A DNA stretch of 64,000 bases from positions 33,908,001-33,972,000 of the forward strand of contig NC_068985.1 of the NCBI RefSeq assembly GCF_001194135.2. The letters are read 5' to 3'. Below, piece after piece: positions 12,291 through 25,705 of this stretch. The stretch is from Octopus bimaculoides. Its lineage: Eukaryota. Every line of letters starts with the position of its first letter. The stretch's first letter is position 1. A program made the translations under genes and the position numbers. The notes beneath the pieces are model-generated. The model did not search any database. It had not been told where the DNA came from and saw nothing but the letters and a program-made list of their open reading frames with translations.

Positions 12291-13884
12291 ATCAATAAGC
12301 TTATTGAAAAATTATTTTAAATTGCTGAAAATATTTTAAAATTAGATATTAAAGCAATGAACATTGGAAGGGTAAAGAAAAAGTTATGTAGTAGCAAAAT
12401 AATAAAACTTGGCATCAGTTTGCTGCTGGAACCATTACATTTTGTTTATGCTTTGCACAACAATAGCACAATTTTAAATGATATTTTTGTAAAGAATGGT
12501 GGGAATAGTTGAGACAACAGAGCACTTACTGCCTTACAGTATTATGTTTCATCTCACTAGCTTGTGTATACAAGTTAATATTTACCTCATTTCTTGAGGT
12601 TGATAAAATTTGTTTAACTGTAGTAAACTGGAATTGATTCAATTGATTTTATTGCCTATGAAACACTTTTATGTGTAATTCATCGAACAACTTCAATTTA
12701 TCCATTCCACTTTAAGTCAGTGTATCAATTAACACGGTAAGTACTTTCTGAAGCTAAATGTCACCAAAGGTTGTTTCATGAGGCTCCAAGTTCTTTTACT
12801 GAGGGAAGTTAATCAGAAACAGTTATAAGTGTAATATCACACTTAAAATAAATGTCAAAATAAGGCCATATTTTAATCTGAACTTGAAATGTGGTATGAA
12901 GATCCCTGCATCAACATTAAAGGTCAGAATCAATAAAGTACTTCAACTGTCTTGTCAGTACTTTGTTATAAAAATGAGGTTAATAATCAAATTTCTTTGA
13001 CAATTTAGTAAAATATATGATAAAGCATAGTACAGCTGGGGGAGAGACTTTACATTAAACTAAAAGTGTATGATATTCTTGTGTTAAAAACATTTCTTAT
13101 AGGCAGTAAAACATGAACGCTATGTAGTAGATATGTTGGATAACTGAACCATTTCTGCAAGGCCTAATTGATAATTCTGAGTCCTTGACACACCATCATC
13201 CTGCCAAAATTTTTGGGGGCTAAAATTTTATACAAAGTACTCAACCTGGAAAAGTAAAATAAGATTCAAAGATTTATGAAAAAATAGAATATATTTGTTT
13301 TATTATTCACTCAATAGTTTTCAGTAATTCAAATTTGTAATGATGACAATGAATAGTACAGAAACATTCTACATAATTTATCATTTTGCTTTATATCCTA
13401 GTAAATAACATTGATTTAATAGAGGCAGCTACAGAGTATAAATCAGCTTGAGAATTCATCCATGTACTTTACATAAAAACAGTATATAACTAATACTTAC
13501 TGAGTAGTTTAGCAAGCAAGAAGCAATATACTTAACTTCAATCTTTACCTATCATTCATGATTTGATATAATTTGTTTTTACATAGCATTAGCAATTGGA
13601 CATAATTTATTTAATGTGGACATGGGCCAGTAGTTAAATAAAGATTAGGCATGTTATCACTATACATCTTATATGTATTTTACTGTGAAATTACAAAATT
13701 ATGTACCAAAGATAAGGAACAGGTATTTAACAAAGAAACAAACAAAAAATATCAGAATTTTAACTTGATAAATTACATAATAAATTATATGGGGCATTCA
13801 TTTCTTACTCAGTAATTTTAAATAGCAACAATACTTCTAAAAATTTCAAAGGTAAATGTTGACTTTTAAAAAATTAACCCATGT

Positions 13885-14028
13885 TTAACCTTGTTTTGCA
13901 ACTGATGAGAGTTGATCTCGAATCTTTGAAAGGCCATCTAACATGGTATTTAAAGTTTCTTTAGACAATTCAACATTAGCATATCTCACAGGTGCAGCTG
14001 TTCCTGATCTATTCCCAGCATCCTGCAT
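13885..14028 (-). CDS. COMMD9: COMMD9 exon 6 (last coding exon)
   Basis: MQDAGNRSGTAAPVRYANVELSKETLNTMLDGLSKIRDQLSSVAKQG*; AG acceptor at 14030-14029. Confidence 0.95.
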   Translation of the reverse strand: MQDAGNRSGTAAPVRYANVELSKETLNTMLDGLSKIRDQLSSVAKQG

Positions 14029-17000
14029 CTGAATTAAAACAAAAATCAAGAAATTTAGTGAATAAATAAACCCATTTAATCAAAAGATACAAGAAAACAT
14101 TTTAGTTACGTTGAAGGGACAGTTTTATTAATCATTTTCTTAATTTCTGGATGAAAATTATATGTAACTGCTTTGCTCATTATATTCAGGGCTTTTTAGT
14201 ATACTGAATGATTTATTTGGCTGATAAATAAACTAGAATTTATAATTCAGCTTTCAAAAGACATAGGTTGACAGTTCTATTGTATTGCATACATGATTAA
14301 ACTTCCTCATGCTATGCCAGCTTTAAATAAACCATTTATTCTATGGAGAAACAACAACAGCAGTAGCAGCAGCTATTTAACATCATTAGCTGCTATCAGG
14401 TGACCTTAATGGAATTTATCTTGATAATACTAAAACACTAGGGATGCTTGTGTGTAGCTGAAATATCTCAGAAATAGTATATTTTATCTTAATATATTTT
14501 ACATATTTATTTTCATACTTATCTTTGGCAGTGCAATACAAATTTTTGTGACATTTGGATCTCTATTTAGACGATTAAACACAATTTTTGTTATTTCTTG
14601 ACAAAAGAAAATACATGGCTTCCATAATGTCAACGCACATACAAAATACACACACATATAATGAATGTCATGCCATGTCAATCAACACAAACACATGTCT
14701 ACTATCTGTGATATATACACACACACACATAGTCTTTTTGACGTACAGAATATTTTAATCATTTAGAAATATTTTTAACTGAATGTGATTTCATCATCCA
14801 TACATCTTTTTTGTATGTATGTGTGCATGTGAGAGAGTGTGAGTGAACGTTTGTTCTCATGTATGTGTAAGTGGCACACTCTCTTTCTCTCTCTCTCTCA
14901 TGCACACACACATGTCCATTTCATATACATGTTCATACATCTTTCACTTTAAAACAAAAATAACAGGTGATTTTCAGGATAAAAATTGTTAAAAAAAGGC
15001 TTCTACTCTTTTGCCGAACCGCTAAGTTACGGGGACATATACACGCCAGCATCGGTTGTCAAGCGATGTTGGGGGGACAAACACAGACACACAAACACAC
15101 ATATATATATACATATATATGACGGGCTTCTTTCAGTTTCTGTCTACCAAATCCACTCACAAGGCTTTGGTCGGCCCGAGGCTATAGTAGAAGACACTTG
15201 CCCAAGGTGCCATGCAGTGGGACTGAACCCGGAACCATGTGGTTGGTAAGCAAGCTACTTACCACACAGCTACTCCTGCACCTATAGATTGCCCAAACTT
15301 AAATTGCAGAATTATTTTCAACACTACAGGTAAATTAATGGATAATTCTTGCTTACCTCAAACTGTACTAAACAAGTAGGTACAGACATTCTTGAGATGG
15401 TATTAGAGGCAGCTTTTAAGTCAACCCTCCAGTCAAAATCAACAAGATGTGGCAGTGATACTAATAAGAAATTAAAGCAGAAAGTTATACATTTTTAGAA
15501 GTGGTGAGAAATATCTTTTTAAAGGAAAGATACTGCAAAAAAAGAAAAAAAAAAAAAAAGAAAAAAAATGCTTGAAAATAAAAATTAGACATTTCAGAAC
15601 TCCCATTTATTTTTCAGAACACAATGTTAAGATTTTTTTTTTTAAATTAAGCAATACCATTGTTTCCTTGTTATTAAAAATGTCCATAAATATTGCATAT
15701 GCACACACACACACACATTCATATGCTTCCTTTCTTATGCCAGCATAGAACATGGATATAAAATAATGATGATAACACAAAAGACTCAAATCAATTGTTA
15801 ATTCAACAACCATAAAATATGCATACAAAGAGATTTACACAGTTTGGAAGAGAATTTGTAAAGGTCAAGTATCAAAGTATTCTTTAAGCAAATTACTCTC
15901 CAAAATTATTATCTAACAATATTTCTGTTTCCTTATAAAACAATGAAATATGAAAATGCTAAAAAGAAATCATGAAACAAAAATCAGTTAATTAGGATCA
16001 GGGATTAGTCACATGGTTAAAAAAAAAACAGGCAATAGTCATGTGGTTTTGTGTTCAATCTCACAATGTGAAGCCTTGAGCAGGTGTCTTCTATCAAAAC
16101 AAATCCCTGTGAATAAAATTTTCTAGACAAAAACTTTGGGAAAGGCTATTGGATCTTTCTTTCTCTCTCTCAATATATATATATAAAGGGTAAAGATCCC
16201 CGCTTCAATCATGAATGTTCATGAGATTGTACCTAGAAAGTTCCCCTTTGTGGCACAAGTCCGGGCAAAGTTGTTTATGGGAAACCACCAGTTGCCCATT
16301 CATACCCACCCCACACACAGCATCAATGTTATCTAAGGGAAAGGCAAAGGCAAAGGCCAACAGACCTTGGCACCAGTGACATCGCAACTCATTTCGAAGC
16401 TAAGTGAACTGGAGCAATGTGAAATAAAGTGTCTTGCTGAAAAACAACACACAGCCTGATCTGGGAATCAAACTTACAACCTCATGATTGCAAGCCCAAT
16501 GCTCTAACCACTGAGCCATGCGCCTTCACATATATACATATATATATATCTGGTCAAAGTAAGCCATTGTACCTGGCTTTCATCAAGCTTTTGACAGAGT
16601 CCCTTGCTCTGTTATCTGGAGGCCTCCAAGGAAGTTAGGAGTAGATGTGTGACTTTTCACAGCTGTACAAGCCATATATAGCGAGATTCTTGAGAAGACC
16701 AGCTCACCTCAGCAAAACTGAGTTCTGGAAGCACTGTGTTCCACCAACATGTAACATTAATTTCACACATACTATTCTAATAAACCAAACTACATCTCTT
16801 CTCTTCCTTCCATCTCTCCTTCTTCATGCACTATGCTTATCTTTCTCTCTCCCTACTCCTGTCCTCCCTACCCTGCCAACTGCATCATTGCTATCCTGTT
16901 GCCCCCCACTATATACTTGGGCTTCACCAGTCACTGCATTCCCCCATCCTTTTTGCATTCTCGTGAACTCCCTATTCACGCACCCTGGGCAAACCTTTAT

Positions 17001-19345
17001 CATTCCACTAATGTCCACATCCTTGTACTTTGAGAGTTATGCCCTGGCACATCACTTACTCACTCTTGCTCTCTCACTGACTGGGGTAATCACGTGCTTT
17101 CTCTATAACAAGAAACCTGTTTCTGTCCCTCTGTCACACTCTAACCTCTCATCACCGGGCACAAAGCCATCACCTTCAATACCACACCAAAGGCGGTGAG
17201 CTGGCAGAATTGTTAGCACGCCAGGCAAAATGCTTAATGGTATTTCATCTACTGCTACGTTCTGAGTTCAAATCCCACAGAGGTCAACTTTGCCTTTCGT
17301 CCTTTCGGGGTTGATTAAATAAGTACTTGTTACACGCAGTGGTGGTGGTGGGGGGATGTAATCGACTTAGTCTCTTTGTCTGTCCTTGTTTGTCCCCTCT
17401 ATGTTTAGCCCCTTGTGGGCAATAAAGAATTAAATACCACACCACCTCTCAATGGATCTTTTGTCTTATGTATTTAGTGCCATTTATGTAGGTATGTAGT
17501 TCATTGAACCCCTTTATGCCAAATGATTTTATCTCCCAATAAAATAAATATTAGAGAACATACTGAAGTCAATTAATCAATTAAAACCCTTGAAGACATT
17601 GCTCCAGCATGGTTTCAGTCCAATGATTGAAAACAGTAAATGGAAAAAAGAACACGAGACAAAATTTACCAAATTTACACAAGTATCAACAAAAATTAAA
17701 TATCCATGAGCAGACTGCACATAATTCATGGCAAAAGTTAAAAGTTAAAATATCAAATGGTTTTGTAATGTACCTACCTTGATTCTTTATAGATGCTTCT
17801 CTCCATTTTGAATAATTGTCTATGATGATTTTCACAAGAAGTTCTTTTAAATTATTATGAAAATTTGCTGAAAAAAGTAACAAAAATTGATTTACAAGGT
17901 ATCATGTATTATGTATGGATGGAAATGTTTGTCTGTGTGTATTCATATGTATTGTTGTTTGTAACTATTTAATAGTACATTCTCCATAATCAATAGCCTC
18001 CCATAGTAGCACTTTTGAACCACTTTCAGTTATTAGTTCATATACATTTCAGTATGGAGATATCTCGGTTCTCTCTAGCACTCTACCTAGCAATTCTAAA
18101 TACCTCACATATCTGATCCTTGTGCTGCAGAACATATACACACTTCTTTCTAACTACCTTTTTCCTTTGCTAAGTATACCTAATATCTCCTCTTCTAGCT
18201 ATTTAAAATTCAGTACTTAATACAAGATACAAATGTAGAGTTTAACATTATTTTATAGAAACTTTTCGTTATTACAAGAGGTCTTTTCAAGTACCAAGTA
18301 TGACTTAAAGCATATTTTTGTATTTCAAATGTGTATGATGGTTAAACAACTAAACAAACCCCTCATAGCTCATACTATCTCTTAAAGCAAAAGTGATAGT
18401 ATAATGATGCGTATCAAAAAAATATGAGGGAACATAAAGAATTAGAAGGTGGAAATTAAGTAGTACAAGGGAATGTTGAAAAGTTTCTGGCTATGGGCTA
18501 TGAAAAATATAGGAGGATCAGTTAATTATGATTTTATTCAACACATTCCCCTCTTAGATTTACATATGTATTGCAGCAGTCCTTCAATTTTTCTAAGCCC
18601 TGTAAAAGAATTTGGAAGATTAGGCCTCCAATCAGGTCTTTCGTGATACCCTTAAAGCCAGGAATTTTTCAGCACCCCCTTATATATTATAAGAGGCCAA
18701 GAATGATAGTTCTGATCCAAAATGTAGAATATGTGATGAACAAGTTGAAACAATCAGCCATATTGCTTCAAGATGCTCTACCTAGGCTCCAAGTGAATAT
18801 AAAGCTAGACATTGAGTTAGCCAATGCCTTCAGTGGACTCTATACAAACTTTATGGTGCTAATTGCAGAAACAGTGCAAGAATTTTATGGGATTTCATAG
18901 TCTACACAAACTGCACAATTAATGTCAATTGGTCTGATATTATTGTTAAAAGATTTTAAAAATGAAACATGCCTACACATTGATATGACTAAACTATCTG
19001 ACAAAAGTGTCTCAGCTAAAGATACATTTGCCACCTTGTCTAAACATCACATGATGGTTGGAAATGAGCATCATCATCATCATACAAGTGAGGGTGTTTA
19101 TTTCTAGTCTTTCACGAAAAATGTGTCTAGCAAAGGGAAAACATTACTTTGCTCGGAAACTGGTGAGACTTGGCAGCAGGAATGATATTTGAGCAAATCT
19201 GCTTTAACAAATCTCATCAGACCAGACCCATGCAAGCATGGAAAAGTGGACATTAAATGAAAATAAATTAATAAATAGATATCTCTCTCTCTACAAACAC
19301 ACACAATCATCGTTTAACGTCCGCCTCCAATGCTGGCAGGGGTGG

Positions 19346-19384
<39 letters not shown>

Positions 19385-20805
19385 AAGTTAGGCTCAACTC
19401 CTTTTTCAGTCACTGTAATAAGCAAAAAAAAAAATTGTATCACTTATAAAACAGCATATACAATTCAAAGTATTGAACACATTGACTGCATCAATAGGTA
19501 AAGAAGTGACTACATATTATTTAAGCAAATCAACTAAACAGTTTAGTGATTATAATGGCTCTACACTCCAGGACACAAGTGATTGTGTAGTTGTCAAAAG
19601 TTCTATGAATGAGCATCAAAACAAGGTCAGGGCACTCTGTTTTTCTATGCACAGAAAGCAAAAAAAAAAAAAAGAAAAATATTGTTTTGAGTTATACATC
19701 ACAGTGATAGCTATTAAAGAAAACCTAAAAAGCACTCATGCTAGTGCTATGATGAAAGCACTGGTGCCACATAAAAAGCACCCAGTACACTCTGCAGAGT
19801 GGGTGGTGTTAGGAAGGGCATCCATCAGTAGAAACCATACCAGAACAGACATTGAAGCTTAGTGCGCCCCTGGCCTCACCAGCTCTGATCAAACCGTCCA
19901 ACCCACGCTAGCATGGAAAAGACGTTAAATGATGATAACCATAATCTATTTCTCAAAATATAAAACTCATGTTATTTAATCTATTAATAATCCTTTCTGC
20001 AATAAACACAAGGCCAATCGATTACATCGATCCCAGTGTTTAACTAGGTTTAGTCTATTAATAATATTATCTTGTTTGTGCATCAGTTTTCTGTGATTGA
20101 AGAGCAATGCAACTAGCAAGAAAATGATTCAGTATGTGACAAAACTAATTGTAATTTCTCCAATTAAATGATGCTCAAGGTCAATGACATTTCTGATTCT
20201 GCTCCTAGAAAATTATCAAAAAAATTTAATACTTTAAATAACCAGAAGCAACGCCCCACATTTTATCAGTTATAATGTCGCAAAACAATTTCCCTTTGTA
20301 TTAGCAATGGACTTGCCCAAGGGGTGTAACTCTTGAATATTTCTATTTAAGTTATGCCTCATTATCCAATTTTGATATTGAAATGTGTTTAGTTTTTTCA
20401 CAAATTCTTCTATTTCTTAAGCTTATGAAAGCAGCTCCACTAACTCCGACTTAAAGCTATGCGGCTACTTGGATAGTTAAACAAGAGCTATCACTACAAC
20501 GAGAGATAAGGAAACATAACGGGGCAAAATAGTTGTCATTATCCCGCAGAGCATATACTTAAATAATTCATTCAAATTTTGGTCAGCAGTTTTGAGAGAA
20601 CGATGTTAGTCAATACAACCGATTCCAGTACTTGAATGGTACTTTATTTTATCTACTCAAGAGTAGCAAGAAGATAACTCGACCAAAATATCATTAAGCT
20701 CTAACATGATATTGAGCAATTTTTTTTTCTGGCAGTTAATACTAAAAGGATATATAGGTACTATTCAAGAAGAGTGGTCCCGGTGCGCGCACTCGCGTAC
20801 TCTTT

Positions 20806-20848
<43 letters not shown>

Positions 20849-22888
20849 GCTATGAAATTAAACTTATATAAATTGTTTCTTTACTTTAACTTACCTGGAA
20901 AAAGCTTTCGTAAGACCTCGGGGTTTTGAGTGTCAGCGAAAATTGCTTTCTTCAGCAACAGGTTTAGAGCTATGTAAAGCTGAAATAAAAAGAAGGCAGT
21001 TGGTCGTGAACGAGTGTACGTGTGTTTACATTTGTGATGTATGGCTGTGAACTGAGAGAAGCAGATATTCTTAGAGTAGAAGAGAAATTTTGATTCCCCA
21101 CCACTCCATTCTTCAGATTATGACTGGATTGGTACTTTTCACTTCGATGAGAGACATTTCGGGAGAAATATATCTATTCTTGCATTTATCACGAAATACT
21201 TATATATCTCGCATCGCTTCAGCAAGTATAGGCAACCTCTCTCCATAAGCGAGCTGCATTTCTTAGGTTGGCTGCACTGGAAAAAAATATTCAAGCTAAT
21301 TTTTTGTTATTCAGAAAGCCCCGCGGGCCGCAGTTTGCTCACGGGTCCTCTAGAACAGTTACTAAACCTAAATTTGATTTTAAAAAAAAAAAAAGAACGA
21401 GTGCTCGCCCCACACATTTCTCATTACGTGGTGTCTTCTCTTTATGTCCTCATAGGTTTTAATGTACAAATAAAACATAATTTATGTTAATGTTCAACTT
21501 AGGTCACAGTTCGGGAGAGAATATAATTTGTATTTTGAACGTATAATTTGGCTTTAAATGGAAAACGTAAAAAATAAGAAAACCATTGTTTGGGTTCAAA
21601 AATGGAATTGTCTGGATAGCCTCCCTTCGCCCTTAACTACAGAAAGTTATGTTTTAGACTTCGTGATGGCGGAACGTATAAGCGAGCTGATTTCTCTTCA
21701 CAGCGCTAAACTGAGCTTCCGCTATTGCTTTTCTTTTCACACATAAAAATATATAATTAAATCCTTTCATCCTTTTACGGTTTCAGAGATGCAAATGCAT
21801 TCATAATTTTTATATTCTTTTCATTCTAATATATGTCAGTATGTGAATATCTAGAAAAAAAAAAAATATATATATATATACACCTACATATATGTATGTA
21901 TGTTTTGAGGAACCCGATTATTTATTTTTTTACTGCAGAGTTTCGGAATGAAGCATAATAATTGTTAGAAATCTCTCATCCATCAGACAACGGTTGATTA
22001 GGAAGCGGAGTATCTTCTTAACAATTTGTACGAGTAACGAATGAATTGAAAGGCTTTTCAGAAGCATTGTTGTGGTCTATTAATCGTGTCATATAACCTT
22101 ATAAGATCAATGAAATAGTGTTTATTAACTGTGGATTACTTTAAATAAAAACAACGAAAGTAATAACCCTACACTCAAGATATTTTTGCGTTAACTGCTA
22201 AATTTACAACTGCAACAACAGTATCCATTCTATATAGTAAACAGAAATTGCTAGAGTTGAAGTAGTAGCGATCGCGCAGCAACTTTACATCATATTTCTA
22301 AATTATTCAAAAATCAATATATAAGGTGAAGTCCATCACTTAATTGCATGATATGCAGAAAGAGCTCTTTCTGGTAAATAGCTGTCATGAGAAATTGCAA
22401 ATTTTCACGGTGAAAATTGCAAACTAAAAATAAACGGCGAGTATATTCAACAGAAATTTCATACATCTTTTCATTTATTTCATGTTTTTTTTTAAAAAAA
22501 TATAATTTAAACAATGTATTGTTACTCTATGAGGAATAATATAGATCAGAAAAAAAATTATTTGTAGTCCGTAGCCCAAGCCATTCTATATTACTTAACT
22601 GACTTTACTATATTTAAATTTCTTAGGTAATATTGATTCCATACCGAAGACGGTGTTTCTGGTGTGATCAAATTAATATTTTAAAAACATTAATTTGATC
22701 ATAAATATTTTATTTATACACGAATCATATCTGAAGAGGTATCGCTAAAACAGTAGAGACACTGGTTACACACACACACACAGACGTACTCTGTCTTGCC
22801 GTCCACAACATTATATTTACTCATTTTCAGTTTTCTGTTTAATTTCCAAGATTTTTTTTAATAAAAAAATTACATTTCGTTTGCACTA

Positions 22889-22942
<54 letters not shown>

Positions 22943-25348
22943 AAACTCATATCCCTATTTCTGAATCAAATATGGAAAATTGGCGATCTTTGGTTTCAGG
23001 TACATTGTGCCTAAAATCAAATGTCGCCCCAAAAAATTCTATTGTTGTCAGTTTGATTGACTTCTATATAAAAGATATTCTGATTTCAAAAGTAAAGCGA
23101 TGTCCGTTTTTTTTTTTAAGAGTAGAAATGAAACTATATTTTAAGGATTTCCTTTTGTCTTCTATTGGATTTTGAAAAAAAAAAAATCGATTTTAAACGA
23201 GACGACAGAAATCAATAAAATATGACAAATACTATCAACAACACATGATATATAAAGCGTGCTTCAAGTAGATGGATATCAACACAAATTTTCATTCTCA
23301 TAACACTAATAACCCATTGTTGAGACTAAGACAGCAAAAGCGATAATGACTACATTTTCAATACACAAATAAAAATCAACAGCTTGAGCCGGATATAGCC
23401 ATTTAGGCGCCAAAATACTATATTGAGAATAGACGCTAAATCCAGTGAAATGGTTTTTTCTAATTAATAAACAATTCATTTTCAACAGTAACAATTAAGT
23501 GAAGACAAATAATATAACATTAAAGGCTTTGGAGACGAAGAGGGATATGCTAGAAATAACAACTAAAATCTCTCCGAAATCACATCTAATTGTCTTTAAA
23601 ATAAAGAAGACGTATGTATTCAGGAATAATATGGTCCAAGATACACTATACCTTAAAAAAAAAAAAAAACCCCAAAAAAAACCAAGGTATGATCACGGCT
23701 CCAAAGCGCTTTAATCATCATATTCAAATACTGACCTATGACTAAAAAATTTAATTCTTTTCTTTTATCGTTTTGAATTTTTGTGCACTGACTAAGCACA
23801 AAGCCAAATGAAACAGGAATCCTACAACCACTTTACATTAATGTGTGATTCGCTTTTTTAGTCGAAGTAAAAGGGAGGGTAAACGGCGATGATCAATGCC
23901 TGTCACAATGATTTCACTATGGAAATTTAAAAATCGTTAGTCTTAATTTACTGGGACCCTATCTCGTGCTAAAATCCCCGCTTAACGGAAACATTGAGTT
24001 TCTGTAAATATTGTGGCAACGTGAAATTCCATAACACGAGACTAGTTTACGACTGACTTTCATATACATGAAATCAGTGGGAAATAAGCTTCCATATCAA
24101 CAGCATGATTTTCAGGAACACTTCCGTATCGCAGGGAATGACTATATCGATTTTTTTTTCTACTTGGCACAAAGCTCAAAACCTACTGGAAGAGGACTAG
24201 ATCGAGCGAAATAAATATTTTCTCCAGGGTGTAAAGAGAAGTGTGAAATGGTTTCTTCTGAGAATCGAAATCGTAGTCTCAGATTACCTTTTGTGGGCGA
24301 GTACGGCTACTATGGAACAACTTGAAGAAGAAAAAAAACTTCTTTTAATTCAATAATAAATCGAAAACTAAGAAAGAAAATCAAATAAATGTTTAGCACT
24401 AGCTTTAATAGTTTCATAAATATCTTTAGTATATAAATATTTATAGTTTAATACATGTTTTTGTATGTATACAAATTTTTAGTCTCATACATGCTTTGTA
24501 TTTAAATAAACTTAAATGCGCCTACATACACTGTTTGAGTGTGCTGTGTGTGATTGAGAGAAAAATAGAATTGAAACGAGTGTGTGTATATACATAAATT
24601 TTAATTTCCACGAAGTTAGAAAAGTGACTCAAGGGCCGAGAGTTTCGCGTATACGCACACTATTTAGTGGCACTCGACACATGTTCGCGCCCGAGCAGGT
24701 GTCAAAAGTATCGTGCGCGCTCACCAAGTGTTTGCAGAAATTAATTGGACATTTATGAAATATATAACAAATTAATAATTTGTCAGTATTCTTTCATGTG
24801 AATCCTTGAAATAAGAATATACAATAAACAAACAATTCGATACAAAGACTGGTCAAAATATATTTCTCACGTTTGACTGAGCACAAAAGAAATATTAATT
24901 TAAATAATTCTGTCCTTTATTTAGCCATTAAGGGTAATTACATTCCATTCAGACTTACAAAATAGGAGATAATTTAAATAATTAACTCTTTCTTTTATTT
25001 AACCACCAGGAGCAATTGCAGACAAGTTACATTAATAAAAAAAAACGCTAGGGTTTACAAAACGTTTGAAGCAAGACAAACAATAATATAAACTGGCGAT
25101 TGTTATTAGGTAAATCTCCGAATGTAATCGGACAGAACTTCAACAAGAAGAAATAAGAGAGAGAGAGAGAGAGAGAAAAAAAAACTAGTGAAAGCAGGAG
25201 GGCAAGATAAGGGTCTAGAAACAATGAAAGGGACAGCAAATATCTCAGGAAATACACCATTACTATAGCGCAAAGTGCCCGTAGGTAGTTCTCTATTAAT
25301 GCGTGTATAATATACTAAATTTTATATATCACCACTTACTGGTTTGTG

Positions 25349-25398
<50 letters not shown>

Positions 25399-25636
25399 AG
25401 TGAGTGGTAATATAAGGCGCGCGCGTGCACAAAAAGGATAATAGTTTTAATAATAGTGACGGCAAGCTAGTTCAGTGTACTGAGTAAACACCAAAGGTTT
25501 CAATTCTTTGTTTATACAAATATGTGTTCGCCTCATATCTTTTTCTTTCACGTTTCCTTTGTTTCTATCTGCCGCCCAGCTATGCATTTTTATTTATTTA
25601 TTGTCTTGTTTCATACTTCTCTCATTCAGCCAATTT

Positions 25637-25705
<69 letters not shown>

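Noticed and set aside
13902-13924. CTGATGA-GAG-ttgat-CTC-GAAT, a hammerhead-like core on +
   Set aside because: It is the antisense of COMMD9 coding sequence (IRDQLSS), has GAAT instead of GAAA, and lacks stems I and III.
16645-17199. 184-aa ORF
   Set aside because: L/P/S/T-rich translation of pyrimidine-rich decayed repeat DNA between RTE and SINE fragments, with no recognisable domain.
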